The notes: generated by a model not told the origin, from the sequence alone. A stretch of DNA of 56,937 nucleotides from an uncultured Clostridia bacterium (GCA_937902275.1 CALFNW010000141.1:1-56937), one strand, 5' to 3'. Counted from the stretch's first letter, positions 1-10,968 are shown. Numbers and translations: made by a program.

Positions 1-84
1 CACTTTTTCTATCTTTTTCTTGCTTTCGGTCTCACTTCTATTGTAACACTACACACGTAACGGCGCATATTTACATTTTCCATG

Positions 85-113
85 TTGACATTTGCGCAGA
101 ATTACTATATAAT
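85..113 (+). promoter_or_regulatory. SigA-type promoter (TTGACA-17-TATAAT)
   Basis: TTGACA at 85-90, a 17-nt spacer and TATAAT at 108-113; both hexamers match consensus. It overlaps the TTG at 113 that the ORF track uses as a start. Confidence 0.6.
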
Positions 114-154
114 TGATAGGATACAGAATATCGCAAAAAGGAAAGAATTTTACT

Positions 155-958
155 GTGCTTTCACAAATTAAAAAGCATATCTCGAAAAAAGCAAATCTCG
201 CACTGCTCGGCGCGCGCACGGGGCTTGTCCTCTGCACGGGTCAGAGCGCGTATCCCGCTGAAAACCAAGCTTCACACCTGACGGCATTTCCTGCAAATAT
301 AACCGAAAATCAGCTTAAGCGGTTAACGGAGGGCAAAAGCGAGCCTTGCATTTATCTTGATAAGCCGATTGCCGACGATTTTGCACTATACAACAAATAC
401 AATGTGCGCACCTATCTCGCCGATCTGTCGCGCCGAGATCTGACCGCTCTGTTGCGTTCGCTTGAGCTTTATGCCGAGTCCCCGACGCTTTATGATCTTT
501 CCGAGCCGCTTGCGCACGAGACTCCGATCTCACTCGGCAAATGTACCGTGGCACAAGAGCCGCCTGACAGCGAGCTTGAGCGCGCCGCGGACCGTCTATC
601 AAACCAAGGTGTACGCGTGCGCTATTTTGACGGTACCCTGAAACCGAACCGACTGCTTACCCGCGCCGAAGCGCTCAATATGCTTACGCCGCGCGAATAT
701 TTTGAAGCGGCACTCGAATCGCTTGCTGACGACGGCTATATATACAGAGATATTCACATAAGCGACCCTTACGCCGCCGCCGCGATTTTTTCCAAGGACA
801 AAGGACTTTTCGGCAGTATAAACTTAGTGCCGGACTCGCTCATGAGCGGTGAAACTCTCGGCGGGTTGCTTGAATCGCTCGGATTTGATTGTTCACTTGA
901 CGGTAGTGCGCCGATCACACGCCGCACCGCAATTATCAAGCTTGCCGCAATACTTTGA
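155..958 (+). CDS. hypothetical exported protein with SLH-like segments
   Basis: Same frame as ORF 113-958. GTG 155 is preferred because AAGGAAAG lies about 10 nt upstream and 113 sits inside the -10 box. The N-terminus is signal-peptide-like ([19 protein letters not shown]). '[15 protein letters not shown]' and '[14 protein letters not shown]' resemble S-layer-homology segments. The family was not recognised with certainty. Confidence 0.45.
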   Translation: MLSQIKKHISKKANLALLGARTGLVLCTGQSAYPAENQASHLTAFPANITENQLKRLTEGKSEPCIYLDKPIADDFALYNKYNVRTYLADLSRRDLTALLRSLELYAESPTLYDLSEPLAHETPISLGKCTVAQEPPDSELERAADRLSNQGVRVRYFDGTLKPNRLLTRAEALNMLTPREYFEAALESLADDGYIYRDIHISDPYAAAAIFSKDKGLFGSINLVPDSLMSGETLGGLLESLGFDCSLDGSAPITRRTAIIKLAAIL

Positions 959-981
959 TTATAAAATTTACGGAGGGGCAA

Positions 982-2802
982 ATGCCAAACAGCGACAGAC
1001 TCAGCCATATCAGAAATTTCTCGATAATAGCACACATAGACCACGGTAAGAGTACGCTTGCCGACCGCATACTTGAGCAGACTCAAAGCGTTTCAAAACG
1101 CGAAATGGAAGAACAGCTGCTCGATAATATGGAGCTTGAGCGCGAGCGCGGCATCACCATAAAGGCACGCGCGGTCAGACTTGTATACAAAGCAAACGAC
1201 GGCGAAGAATATGTGTTCAATCTTATCGACACTCCCGGTCACGTAGACTTCAATTACGAAGTCTCGCGTTCGCTCAACGCCTGCGAGGGCGCATTGCTCA
1301 TCGTGGACAGCACTCAAGGTGTAGAAGCGCAGACACTTGCCAACGCTTATCTTGCGGTCGACAACAATCTGGAAATATTGCCGGTCATAAACAAGATCGA
1401 CCTGCCGAGCGCCGATGTTGAGCGCGTGCGCGCTGAAATTGAGGACATCATCGGCATCCCTGCAGAGGACTGCCCGGCAGTATCCGCCAAAGCCGGCATA
1501 AATATTGACCGCGTGCTTGAACGCATAGTTACCGACATTCCCGCGCCGCGCGGCGACGAGGACGCTCCGCTCAAGGCGCTCATATTCGACTCCTACTATG
1601 ACAGCTATCTCGGAGTAGTAGTAAATATGCGACTGATCGACGGCAGCGTGCGCGCCGGCGACCGCATCAAGCTGATGAGCAATAATGCCGAATTTGACGT
1701 AGTTGAAGTCGGATATCTCGGCGCGTTCGGACTGCGCAAGACCGACGCGCTTTACGCCGGCGAGGTCGGATACCTTACCGCCAGCATCAAAAACGTCAGC
1801 GAGACCCGTGTGGGCGACACCGTGACTTCGGCAGAAGATCCGTGCTCCGAGGCGCTTCCCGGCTTCAAGCCCGCGCTTCCCATGGTATACGCCGGTATCT
1901 ACCCGGCTGACGGTGCGAAATACGGGGATCTGCGCGACGCGCTTGAAAAGCTTCAGCTCAACGACGCGGCGCTCGTCTTTGAGCCCGAGACCTCTACCGC
2001 GCTCGGATTCGGCTTCCGTTGCGGATTCCTCGGACTGCTCCATATGGAGATCATCGAGGAACGGCTTGAGCGGGAGTTCAACCTTGACCTTATCACCACC
2101 GCGCCGAGCGTTATTTATAAAGTAAAAAAACGCGGCGGCGAGGAGCTTATGATTGACAATCCTTCAAACTTTCCTACCGCCGATGAGATTGAAGTCGCAT
2201 ACGAGCCGATGGTAGACGCAAAGATACTGACTCCGCCCGACTATATCGGCAGTATCATGGAGCTTTGTCAGGATCGGCGCGGCACCTATATCGACATGAA
2301 ATACCTTGATACCGACCGTACCGAGGTTCACTATAAACTTCCGCTCAACGAAATAGTCTATGACTTTTTCGACGCGCTCAAGAGCCGTACCAAGGGTTAC
2401 GCCTCGCTCGATTACGAGATCGACGGATATGTTCCCTCAAAGCTCGTAAAACTTGACATTATGCTCAACGGCGATGTCGTGGACGCACTCTCATTCATAG
2501 TTCATGAAGACAAAGCTTACGCCCGCGCACGCAAAATCGCCGAAAAGCTCAAGGACAACATACCGCGTCAGCTTTTTGAAATTCCGATCCAGGCGGCGGT
2601 AGGAAGTAAGATAATCGCGCGGGAGACCGTAAAAGCAATGCGCAAGGATGTGCTTGCCAAGTGCTACGGCGGCGATATAACTCGAAAGAAAAAACTGCTT
2701 GAAAAGCAGAAAGAGGGCAAGAAAAAAATGCGCCAGCTCGGAAGCGTTCAGGTCTCGCCCGAAGCTTTCATGGCGGTGCTCAAGCTCGATGATGAACAAT
2801 AA
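982..2802 (+). CDS. lepA: elongation factor 4 (LepA)
   Basis: [20 protein letters not shown] (G1), DTPGHVDF and NKIDL GTPase motifs, plus a LepA-type C-terminus. GGAGGGG lies 4 nt upstream of ATG 982; the track start TTG 955 is the longer alternative. Confidence 0.95.
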   Translation: MPNSDRLSHIRNFSIIAHIDHGKSTLADRILEQTQSVSKREMEEQLLDNMELERERGITIKARAVRLVYKANDGEEYVFNLIDTPGHVDFNYEVSRSLNACEGALLIVDSTQGVEAQTLANAYLAVDNNLEILPVINKIDLPSADVERVRAEIEDIIGIPAEDCPAVSAKAGINIDRVLERIVTDIPAPRGDEDAPLKALIFDSYYDSYLGVVVNMRLIDGSVRAGDRIKLMSNNAEFDVVEVGYLGAFGLRKTDALYAGEVGYLTASIKNVSETRVGDTVTSAEDPCSEALPGFKPALPMVYAGIYPADGAKYGDLRDALEKLQLNDAALVFEPETSTALGFGFRCGFLGLLHMEIIEERLEREFNLDLITTAPSVIYKVKKRGGEELMIDNPSNFPTADEIEVAYEPMVDAKILTPPDYIGSIMELCQDRRGTYIDMKYLDTDRTEVHYKLPLNEIVYDFFDALKSRTKGYASLDYEIDGYVPSKLVKLDIMLNGDVVDALSFIVHEDKAYARARKIAEKLKDNIPRQLFEIPIQAAVGSKIIARETVKAMRKDVLAKCYGGDITRKKKLLEKQKEGKKKMRQLGSVQVSPEAFMAVLKLDDEQ

Positions 2803-3928
2803 GCTCGGACTGTACATTCACATTCCGTTTTGTCAAAAAAAGTGCAGTTATTGCGACTTTTACTCATGCCCGGCTTCCGACACGCGCAAAGCCGAATATA
2901 CTGCCGCACTGACGTCGCAAATGAAAACGTTCGCCCCGAAAATGAGCGGCAGGTGCTTCGACACGGTATTTATCGGCGGCGGAACTCCGACCAGCCTTGA
3001 TTCATCAATGCTGGCAACGATAATCGAAACAGCGCGAAACTGCTTCTGCATCTCAGGTTCCGCCGAGCTTACACTTGAAACGAATCCCGGGCTGTATGAC
3101 AAAACCGACTTTAAATTGCTCGCCTCGCTCGGGGTGAACCGTTTAAGCGTAGGCTTGCAAAGCGCCGACGCACACGAGCTTGAATTGCTCGGCAGGATCC
3201 ATTCCGTCGCAGATTATGAACATACGCTTGAAGCTGCGCGCGGCGCGGGAATAACAAATATCAACACCGACATAATGTTTTCACTGCCCGATCAACGCGC
3301 GGACACGTTGATGCGTACACTTGACTTTGTGCTCGCACATACTCCGACCCATATTTCGGCGTACGCGCTGAAGCTTGAGAGCGGCACGCCGCTGTTTGAA
3401 GCGCGAGCGGGACTTCACCTGCCCGATGAAGATGCGGACGCCGATATGTACCTTGCAATGGTCGAAAGACTTGAGTTCGCTGGTTTCGTGCATTACGAGA
3501 TCAGCAACTTCGCGCTTCCCGGTCACGAGTGCCGCCATAATCTGAAGTATTGGCACGCCGAAGAATATCTCGGACTCGGTCCGGCGGCGCACTCGTATGT
3601 TGACTCGGTCAGATATGCCTGTGCGCGCGACCTTGACGGCTTTATCCGCGCCTACACAAACACGCCGGAGACGGCGGAAAAAACACTAATGACCGAAAAT
3701 AACACGATCGGCACACTTGAAGCCGCGCGCGAAAAAGTAATGCTCGGCTTAAGGCTCGGCGCGGGCGTTAGCAAAAGTGCATTGCAGGCGGCAGGCAGTC
3801 TTGATATTGACCGAAAGATTCAAATGCTCATCGCCAACCGACTCGCCTATGATACTCCAGACGGTATCGCGCTGACTGCACGCGGAATGTACGTGAGCAA
3901 CGCGGTCATTTCTCTTATACTCGAATAA
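2789..3928 (+). CDS. hemW: radical SAM HemW/HemN-family protein (heme chaperone / coproporphyrinogen III oxidase-like)
   Basis: CxxxCxxC motif in [20 protein letters not shown], and the lepA-hemW synteny typical of Firmicutes. ATG 2789 overlaps the lepA stop by 14 nt. Confidence 0.85.
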   Translation: MMNNKLGLYIHIPFCQKKCSYCDFYSCPASDTRKAEYTAALTSQMKTFAPKMSGRCFDTVFIGGGTPTSLDSSMLATIIETARNCFCISGSAELTLETNPGLYDKTDFKLLASLGVNRLSVGLQSADAHELELLGRIHSVADYEHTLEAARGAGITNINTDIMFSLPDQRADTLMRTLDFVLAHTPTHISAYALKLESGTPLFEARAGLHLPDEDADADMYLAMVERLEFAGFVHYEISNFALPGHECRHNLKYWHAEEYLGLGPAAHSYVDSVRYACARDLDGFIRAYTNTPETAEKTLMTENNTIGTLEAAREKVMLGLRLGAGVSKSALQAAGSLDIDRKIQMLIANRLAYDTPDGIALTARGMYVSNAVISLILE

Positions 3929-3958
3929 AACTAATTTACCGAAAGGCGGCATACACGA

Positions 3959-4507
3959 ATGAATATTTGGCACGACGTTTCCTCCGAACGGATCAAGCCC
4001 GAGGATTTTCTGGCAGTCATTGAGATCGCCAAGGGAAGCAAAAAGAAATATGAGCTTGATAAGCAGACCGGTTTTATCATACTCGACCGTATCCTTTACA
4101 CCTCCACGCACTACCCTGCCAACTACGGTTTTATCCCTAAGACTTATGCCGACGACGGCGACCCGCTTGATGTGCTTGTGCTGTCAAACGAAGTGATCGA
4201 CCCGCTCGTGCTCGTGCGTTGTTACCCGATCGGCGTGATCAAGATGATCGACAACGGCAAAAACGACGAAAAGATAATTGCGATTCCTTTTGAGGACCCT
4301 AACTACAATACATACAGGGACATAACCGACCTGCCGAAACACGTGTTTGAAGAAATGCGCCATTTCTTCTCGGTATACAAACAGCTTGAAGGCAAATCCA
4401 CTGCCGTTGATGAGGTTATGGGACACGATACCGCGCTTGAGATAATCGGCAAGTGCATAGAAAATTACAAGCGTGGCTTTGAAGGCAAGAATCTTAAGGC
4501 AAAATAA
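3959..4507 (+). CDS. ppa: inorganic pyrophosphatase, family I
   Basis: YPANYGFIPKT and DGDPLDVLV motifs; 182 aa. Confidence 0.9.
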   Translation: MNIWHDVSSERIKPEDFLAVIEIAKGSKKKYELDKQTGFIILDRILYTSTHYPANYGFIPKTYADDGDPLDVLVLSNEVIDPLVLVRCYPIGVIKMIDNGKNDEKIIAIPFEDPNYNTYRDITDLPKHVFEEMRHFFSVYKQLEGKSTAVDEVMGHDTALEIIGKCIENYKRGFEGKNLKAK

Positions 4508-4554
4508 TATCATCGGATTTCGCTGTAAGCCAGCTTTGAAGCAACGAATACAAA

Positions 4555-4600
4555 ACAGTGCGGTCGCAGAATCAACAATGATTTCTGTGACCGCACTGTT
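4555..4600. terminator. hairpin between convergent ppa and the GNAT gene
   Basis: CAGTGCGGTCGCAGAA / TTCTGTGACCGCACTG inverted repeat (1 mismatch). The T-tract is weak. Confidence 0.45.
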
Positions 4601-4658
4601 TGCGCTTATTACCACGCCTGTTTCAAACTGTTCCGCATGAACGCTTGATATCGGCATA

Positions 4659-5141
4659 TCAGAGTTCATGATAGTACAGGCAGATATTTTGTAACGACCC
4701 ATCTTTCATGCGGAATCCTTTCGGTATCGTTCCGAGCTGAACGAATCCGAGCCTCTCATACAAATGTCTGGCATGAACATTGTTCTCGACAACCGCGTTA
4801 AACTGCAATATGCCGAATCCGTGCTTTTTGGCTTGTTCAAGGCAATCCAATACTAACTTCTCACCGATGTGTTTTCCGCGGCAGTCACTATCGACCGCAT
4901 AGCTTGCGTTTGATATACGGTCCAATCTTCCGGCGTAATTAGGATGCAGTATGTATAACCCTACAACAGCGCCGTCATCGTTCTCCGCAACGCCGCAATA
5001 GCTTTGCGCCGCAAAAAATTCCTTTCCGCTCTTTTCATCCAAATATTCCTCTTGCGGAAAAGCAACGCCTTCTTCTACGACCTTATTCCATATTTTAATC
5101 ATTGATGAAACGTCGCTCTCATTATACTCTCTGATTTTCAT
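4659..5141 (-). CDS. GNAT family N-acetyltransferase
   Basis: Acetyl-CoA binding-type core (CRGKHIGEKLV...AKKHGF...LYERLGF). ATG 5141 has GGGAGA about 10 nt upstream; the track alternative is 5165. Confidence 0.8.
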   Translation of the reverse strand: MKIREYNESDVSSMIKIWNKVVEEGVAFPQEEYLDEKSGKEFFAAQSYCGVAENDDGAVVGLYILHPNYAGRLDRISNASYAVDSDCRGKHIGEKLVLDCLEQAKKHGFGILQFNAVVENNVHARHLYERLGFVQLGTIPKGFRMKDGSLQNICLYYHEL

Positions 5142-5222
5142 ACCTGAATTTTCTCCCAAACCCATCCAACTTATTCTATCCCTTTGATGCGCCCGTACAA
5201 GGAACGCTATTCACAAAAACAC

Positions 5223-7502
5223 TCAAAAACGTTCCGCTCCGCATACCCTAGCGGAACCGCTTTCGTCATCATCCCCGATCAGCTTCGCAAGTCCTGTATA
5301 TCTCACACTGCGGCGATCGTTTTTTACCATCGCCGCCACCGTTTCTTCACGCCCGACAAGTATTACCATTTCCTGAGCACGCGTGATCGCCGTATAAAGC
5401 AGATTTCTTGTCATAAGCATCGGGGCGGCACTGCCGAGCGGCAATATTACGATCGGATATTCACTGCCCTGACTTTTGTGGACCGTAATCGCGTATGAAT
5501 GGTCAAGCTCATCAAGCTTGTCAAACCCATACACCACTATCCGCTCGTCAAAGTTAATTATCATCGTCTCTTCAAGCGTGTTGATGCTCTCTATCCTGCC
5601 AATGTCACCGTTGAAAATTCCGCTGCCCTCACCGCCGTTTTTCTCCCATTCAAGCTCATAGTCATTTTTGATCTGCATTACACGGTCGCCCTCGCGGAAT
5701 ATTACACCGTGACTTTTATGCTCTCGCTTAGTGCTGTCTGCCGGATTCAGCCGTGATTGCAAAGTTCGGTTCAACTCGTCACAACCGGCGCTTCCTTTTT
5801 TGGATGGTGAGATCACCTGCAGCTTCTGCCTTATAGCTTCGCCGTAGGTTTTCGGAAGCCTTGAATCGCACAGTTCGGCGACCGTCTGTGCGATCTGTAC
5901 ATCATTTTTCCGTGCAAGGAAAAAGAAATCGCGATCGCGCACTTTAAGCTCCGGCAGTTCGCCGCGCAGTATCGCGTGTGCATTCGTGACGATCAGACTT
6001 TCTTTTGCCTGCCTGAAAATCTCATTCAGACAAACCGTACAGAATCTTCTGCTCTCGATCAGATCGGCAAGTACATTGCCTGCACCCACTGACGGCAATT
6101 GGTTTGAATCGCCTATCAGCATCAGCCGCGCTCCCGGCTTGATCGCCCGAAGCAGAGCGTAAAACAGATTTATGTCTATCATCGACGCTTCATCAATGAT
6201 CACCGCGTCGTACTCAAGCAGATCGTTTTCGTTTTTGCGGAAAGTGAGCGACTCCCCCTCCGCCTTTTCGCTTTCAAGCAATCGGTGTATCGTGCGCGCC
6301 TCTACTCCGGTCGCCTCCGACATTCGTTTGGCGGCGCGTCCGGTCGGCGCGGCAAGACAGACCCTTAAGCCGATATCGCCGAATATACGTATTGCCGCCT
6401 TGATCACCGTAGTCTTTCCCGTTCCGGGACCGCCGGTAAGTATCATCACACCGTGATTCGCCGCACTTGCGATCGCTTTGCGTTGCATTTCTGCGTAGGT
6501 AATATTGCTCTCAAGCTCGGTACGCTCGATAAACAGTCTTACGTCATAATCGGAAAAGGTCGTACAAACACGGTCAAGCAGTTTGAGCTTGTCCGAGCAG
6601 AATTTTTCCGCACGGAAAAATTCCGGCGTGTATACTGCACGCTTACCGTCAATCTCGATACAGATAAGCTTTCCATCGTTTATCATCGAATCAAGTTCCG
6701 CGCAGAGCTTTTGCTTTTCCGCTTCGGTGTCCGCATGACCGTCCGCTTTCTGTGACAACAGCTCATACGCACCGTTTGCAAGCAGTTCATAAGGCAGATA
6801 CGTGTATCCGTTGCGCGCAGCGTTATAGTTCAGAAGATAGATAAATCCGCTGCGTATCCTGAACGGCGAGTCGTATTCCACCCCGAGCGCCGCCGCAAGC
6901 CGATCGCATTTTTCAAAGCCGATACCGTTTAATTCCTCGCATAGAATATAGGGGTTTTCGCGCAACAGTTCAACAGCTCTCCCCTTGTATTTTTGAAATA
7001 TCTTCATCGCGACTGTTGCTGACAGCTCACCGCGCCCAAGCAGCATAATGTTGCGAACGCCGAACTGTTCTTTAAAGGAACTTGAGATTTCCGCCGCTTT
7101 TTTCGGTGAGATCCCCGGTATCTCGGCAAGCCATTCGGGATGGTTTTCGATAATATCAAAGCTGTCAGAGCCGTATTTGCCGACTATACGCACCGCAGTC
7201 TTCGGTCCGATCCCCTTTACAGAGCCGCTCGAAAGATAACGGAGAATATCCCCTTCCTCCGAGGGCAGGGTGCGGTCGAAATACTCGACCGCAAATTGCT
7301 TGCCGAAAGTCTGGTGATTCACAAAACGTCCGGCAAGCATCACCGTATCGCCTTCATTGACATACGGCATTATCCCGACCGCGGTGATCAGCTCACCGCT
7401 TTCATTAAAAATATCAATGACGGTGTAGCCGTTCTCGCTATTCTTGAAAACAATTTGTTCGACCGTGCCCACAAGCTCGGTCAGCGCCTCTTTCTCCGCC
7501 AT
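5223..7502 (-). CDS. recD2: ATP-dependent RecD-like DNA helicase (RecD2, SF1B)
   Basis: Walker A GGPGTGKTT, DEASMID, the C-terminal AITVHKSQGSEYP motif and an N-terminal OB/HhH region. Confidence 0.9.
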   Translation of the reverse strand: MAEKEALTELVGTVEQIVFKNSENGYTVIDIFNESGELITAVGIMPYVNEGDTVMLAGRFVNHQTFGKQFAVEYFDRTLPSEEGDILRYLSSGSVKGIGPKTAVRIVGKYGSDSFDIIENHPEWLAEIPGISPKKAAEISSSFKEQFGVRNIMLLGRGELSATVAMKIFQKYKGRAVELLRENPYILCEELNGIGFEKCDRLAAALGVEYDSPFRIRSGFIYLLNYNAARNGYTYLPYELLANGAYELLSQKADGHADTEAEKQKLCAELDSMINDGKLICIEIDGKRAVYTPEFFRAEKFCSDKLKLLDRVCTTFSDYDVRLFIERTELESNITYAEMQRKAIASAANHGVMILTGGPGTGKTTVIKAAIRIFGDIGLRVCLAAPTGRAAKRMSEATGVEARTIHRLLESEKAEGESLTFRKNENDLLEYDAVIIDEASMIDINLFYALLRAIKPGARLMLIGDSNQLPSVGAGNVLADLIESRRFCTVCLNEIFRQAKESLIVTNAHAILRGELPELKVRDRDFFFLARKNDVQIAQTVAELCDSRLPKTYGEAIRQKLQVISPSKKGSAGCDELNRTLQSRLNPADSTKREHKSHGVIFREGDRVMQIKNDYELEWEKNGGEGSGIFNGDIGRIESINTLEETMIINFDERIVVYGFDKLDELDHSYAITVHKSQGSEYPIVILPLGSAAPMLMTRNLLYTAITRAQEMVILVGREETVAAMVKNDRRSVRYTGLAKLIGDDDESGSARVCGAERF

Positions 7503-7545
7503 CTTTTTCTCTTTCAGCTTTATTTTCCTGTGTCCGCGAAATTTC

Positions 7546-7872
7546 TTATTCTTCTCCGCCGCTTATATTTACGCCGCTCTGAGTTCCGTCGTCCGATGCT
7601 TCATCGTCCGACTCTTCCGTGCCGCCCTGAGTTTCGTCTATCATAATAATGCGGCGGCAAGCGAACAGCTCGCGCGAAAGGCGCTCGGCATACATGAGCC
7701 TCAGCTCCTTCTCTTCCGGCTCGTCATCCCGACCGCAAATCACGGCAAGGCAAACGCCCTCACGCGTTTTGCGTGAAAACACGAGATGTATCACCAAAAT
7801 ACGCACGGCTGAATATACGCCGAAAACAATGAAAACTGCGGCGAGTATCTCAATAAATGTACTGACAGTCAT
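7546..7872 (-). CDS. hypothetical small membrane protein with acidic C-terminal tail
   Basis: ATG 7872 is preceded by GGAGAG (10-nt window). It has one TM segment (FIEILAAVFIVFGVYSAVRILVI) and a D/E-rich tail. The track start GTG 7977 is probably an over-extension. Confidence 0.5.
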   Translation of the reverse strand: MTVSTFIEILAAVFIVFGVYSAVRILVIHLVFSRKTREGVCLAVICGRDDEPEEKELRLMYAERLSRELFACRRIIMIDETQGGTEESDDEASDDGTQSGVNISGGEE

Positions 7873-7882
7873 ATTTCTCTCC

Positions 7883-7901
7883 GTGTCGGCGAAGCCGACC
7901 C
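7883..7901 (-). promoter_or_regulatory. family-B leader hairpin GGGTCGGCTTCGCCGACAC
   Basis: 6-bp stem GTCGGC/GCCGAC with loop TTC. The hairpin base lies 12 nt upstream of ATG 7872. One of three copies (see findings). Confidence 0.6.
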
Positions 7902-8129
7902 TGTTGAGTCGATACAGCAAGTGTACCGAGCCAAATCGAAGCGCGGCGTGAATTGTCGGGAATATTTGCATTATCACGCCGGTTTAGGGCGGATGCCGCG
8001 TTAGTGTGCGCACCGGCATCCGCTTATACTGTCAGTTTATGCAGTTTCATGACGCAATGCTTAAGCAAAAGCTCAAACTTTGAGTCGAAAATCAGAAACA
8101 GTCTTATAATTCAATATGAGCTAAGCCGC

Positions 8130-9308
8130 TTACTTAAGCAGTTTTTTAAGCTCCGCCGCAAGATCGGTCGCTTCCCACGGAACACGCAGATCCTCGCGTC
8201 CCATGTGTCCGTATGCCGCAAGCTCACTGTAGATCGGACGGCGGAGATCGAAACGCTTGATAATAGCCGCCGGTCTGAGATCGACAAGCTCGTTTACCGC
8301 ACCCGAAATAATGCTTTCATCAACCTTGCCTGTGCCGAAGGTATCAACCATAACCGATACCGGCTTTGCGACTCCGATCGCATAAGCGATCTGTACCTCG
8401 CACTTGTCGGCAAGACCGGCTGCCACAATATTTTTGGCAACGTAACGCGCCGCATAAGAGGCACTGCGGTCAACCTTAGTCGGATCCTTACCCGAGAAAG
8501 CGCCGCCGCCGTGGCGCGAATATCCGCCGTAGGTATCAACGATGATCTTGCGCCCGGTCAGTCCGCTGTCGCCGTTCGGACCGCCTATTACAAATCTTCC
8601 GGTCGGATTAACGTAAATCTTTGTGTCGCTGTCCATAAGCGCACCGGGGATCACCGGCTTTATCACCTTTTCAATAATATCACGACGGATCACTTCAAGC
8701 GGGGTATCCTCGTCATGCTGAGTCGACACCACAAGCGTGTCCACCCTGACCGGTTTACCGTCATCATATTCCACCGTAACCTGAGTCTTGCCGTCGGGTC
8801 TGAGATAAGCAAGCGTGCCGTTCTTTCTGACCTCAGTAAGCTTTTTGGCAAGCGCATGCGCAAGCGAGATCGGAAGCGGCATCAACTCGGAAGTTTCGTT
8901 GCAGGCATAACCGAACATAAGTCCCTGATCGCCTGCGCCCGTGTCAAGTCCGTCGCTCATTTCGCCGTTTTTGGCTTCAAGCGACTTGTCCACGCCGAGC
9001 GCGATGTCAGGCGACTGCGAGTGGATCGAGTTAATAACCGCGCAGGTATTGCAGTCAAAACCGTATTCAGACTTGGTATAACCGATCTTACGCACCGTGT
9101 CACGGACGATCTCACCGAAATCAACATATGCATTTGTGGTGATCTCACCGAGGATCATGATAAGACCGGTAGTTGTGCAGGTTTCGCAAGCCACACGTGA
9201 CATCGGATCTTTTTCAAGAAGCGCATCAAGAATCGCGTCGGAAATTTTGTCGCAAATTTTGTCGGGATGACCTTCAGTCACAGATTCGGAAGTAAAAAGT
9301 TTTTTCAT
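8130..9308 (-). CDS. metK: S-adenosylmethionine synthetase
   Basis: [28 protein letters not shown] and [16 protein letters not shown] motifs. Confidence 0.97.
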   Translation of the reverse strand: MKKLFTSESVTEGHPDKICDKISDAILDALLEKDPMSRVACETCTTTGLIMILGEITTNAYVDFGEIVRDTVRKIGYTKSEYGFDCNTCAVINSIHSQSPDIALGVDKSLEAKNGEMSDGLDTGAGDQGLMFGYACNETSELMPLPISLAHALAKKLTEVRKNGTLAYLRPDGKTQVTVEYDDGKPVRVDTLVVSTQHDEDTPLEVIRRDIIEKVIKPVIPGALMDSDTKIYVNPTGRFVIGGPNGDSGLTGRKIIVDTYGGYSRHGGGAFSGKDPTKVDRSASYAARYVAKNIVAAGLADKCEVQIAYAIGVAKPVSVMVDTFGTGKVDESIISGAVNELVDLRPAAIIKRFDLRRPIYSELAAYGHMGREDLRVPWEATDLAAELKKLLK

Positions 9309-9424
9309 AATAACCTCTCACACCGCCGCAGGCGGTTCACAAAATAATCGGCAGTTTTCGAGAACGGGCTTTGTCCCGCGCGTAAAAACCAAATTTGAAA
9401 ATCTGAATACCGTTTCGGTCGCGA

Positions 9425-9566
9425 TAAGAAAAGCACTCTCAAATTTTGAGAGTGCCGAGTTACTTAAATATACTCTCATCTCTCAGGAATTGGCACCTTA
9501 CAAACTTGGTCTGCAGGTTGCCGGGCTTCACAGGGCCAGTCCCTCCGCCACTCTTGATAAGATATT
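9425..9566 (-). promoter_or_regulatory. SAM-I (S-box) riboswitch with terminator expression platform
   Basis: The minus strand reads TCTTATCAAGAGTGGCGGAGGGACTGGCCCTGTGAAGCCCGGCAACC...GGTGCCAATTCCTGAGAGATGAGAG, which is the S-box core. It is followed by the hairpin GCACTCTCAAA/TTTGAGAGTGC plus TTTTC (9425-9456). Confidence 0.9.
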
Positions 9567-9586
9567 CGATTATCAAACCAAAAGAT

Positions 9587-9615
9587 ATTGTATCACATTT
9601 TAGCTTAAAGTGCAA
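9587..9615 (-). promoter_or_regulatory. metK promoter (TTGCAC-17-TGaTACAAT)
   Basis: -35 at 9610-9615 and -10 at 9587-9592, with an extended TG and a 17-nt spacer. It lies about 20 nt upstream of the riboswitch P1 helix. Confidence 0.6.
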
Positions 9616-9638
9616 TAGTCTTCATTAAAATTTAAAAA

Positions 9639-10454
9639 TCAGCGTGTATACTCAGGCTTTCGCAGTTCGTGCGAAGCTTCATCAATGTCAGGTTTGGGCT
9701 TAAAAAACAATATAAGAGAAATTACGACCGTAATCACGCTTATTATCTGCGAGGTTGAAAATACACCGATAAAACCGCGGATCGCGTCTCCGCGCAAATA
9801 CTCGTCGGAGAATCTCAATATCCCGTAACAGATCAGATACAGAAAAAACAGCCTGCCGTGTAACTTCTTTTTTGAAAGCAAATATGTCATGACGCCGGCA
9901 ATAATAAAACACCCGAGCGACTCCAACAGCTGAACCGGAAAGCGCGACACATCATTGACCTCCGCAACCCAATCGTTACCGTGAGCCGTAAAGCCGATAG
10001 CAGACTCAATTCCGTAGCAACAGCCGCCGAAAAAACAGCCGATACGCGCAATTCCGTGAAACAGCGGTGCGCCGAATGACATAACATCCAAAAAATCCGC
10101 CTTTTTAATCGGAACACGCCTGAGCGCAAGATATCCGATCGCTATACCTCCGAACAGCCCGCCGTAAAAAACCGAGCCTCCGAATATTTTGTATGAAAGC
10201 GACGCAAACTCCGAAAAGCTGTTTACATTCAGATACTCGTGAAAATATCTGAAATTAGTAAGTGCATATAACAAATGCGAACCGATAAATGCTCCGAGTG
10301 TTGCAAAACACAATACTATTACCGCGTCCGTGTCATCATACCCTCGCCGCTTGACCGCGCGGCAGATAAAGAAACCGGAAATCAACATTCCCGCTATCGC
10401 AATAATTGAGTACATTGAGATGGTTTTTCCTAAAAAATCAAATTTGTTGAACAT
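9639..10454 (-). CDS. lgt: prolipoprotein diacylglyceryl transferase
   Basis: GIARIGCFFGGCCYG signature and a multi-pass membrane profile. Confidence 0.9.
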   Translation of the reverse strand: MFNKFDFLGKTISMYSIIAIAGMLISGFFICRAVKRRGYDDTDAVIVLCFATLGAFIGSHLLYALTNFRYFHEYLNVNSFSEFASLSYKIFGGSVFYGGLFGGIAIGYLALRRVPIKKADFLDVMSFGAPLFHGIARIGCFFGGCCYGIESAIGFTAHGNDWVAEVNDVSRFPVQLLESLGCFIIAGVMTYLLSKKKLHGRLFFLYLICYGILRFSDEYLRGDAIRGFIGVFSTSQIISVITVVISLILFFKPKPDIDEASHELRKPEYTR

Positions 10455-10495
10455 GGATATTCTCCGAAATTTTTAATTTGCGCCGCTTTAACGAC

Positions 10496-10530
10496 GCAAA
10501 AAGCGGACTCAGGCAAAGGAGTCCGCTTAA
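10496..10530 (-). terminator. intrinsic terminator after the DUF4190-like gene
   Basis: Minus strand AAGCGGACTC-loop-GAGTCCGCTT followed by TTTG. Confidence 0.55.
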
Positions 10531-10568
10531 ATTGCTCAGTATCGGTTATACGTGATCAACCGAATTTA

Positions 10569-10898
10569 TCAATAAATGGACGATGCAGCGCAAACGGAAG
10601 CTGTGCACGCGAGAGTGCAGATCAGACCGAGTGCTGCAAACGCAGTACCGATTATTCCCAAAACCATACCGGCAGTTGCCAAACCGGATGCCTTGCCGGT
10701 TGCGGCAACCGACATTTTGCGTCCTTTTATACCAAAGATCAAACCCAAAACTGCGCAAACCGTGGTAAAGTAGCATACAACAGGAATATAGCCGCCGACA
10801 ATTCCGAGAATGCCGAGCACAAGTGCGGCAACCGAAAAGCCGTGTCCGTCGTTCACGGGTTGATTCTGAGGCTGTGTGTTAATGTTTTGATTGTCCAT
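10569..10898 (-). CDS. small membrane protein, DUF4190-like
   Basis: Q/N-rich N-terminus followed by two glycine-rich TM segments (AALVLGILGIVGG..., GLATAGMVLGIIG). AGGAG lies 9 nt upstream. Confidence 0.6.
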   Translation of the reverse strand: MDNQNINTQPQNQPVNDGHGFSVAALVLGILGIVGGYIPVVCYFTTVCAVLGLIFGIKGRKMSVAATGKASGLATAGMVLGIIGTAFAALGLICTLACTASVCAASSIY

Positions 10899-10939
10899 AA
10901 GTACACGCTCCTATATGTTAATATTTTGTTGCTGAATGT

Positions 10940-10968
10940 AGTATAACATATTTCGCAGTTTTTGTCAA
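10940..10968 (-). promoter_or_regulatory. promoter TTGACA-17-TGtTATACT
   Basis: -35 at 10963-10968 and -10 at 10940-10945, on the minus strand. Confidence 0.5.

Noticed and set aside
7953-9200. 415-aa ORF on the + strand
   Set aside because: It lies entirely antisense to metK, whose product is unmistakable. The translation is low-complexity and R/S-rich. It is a shadow ORF.
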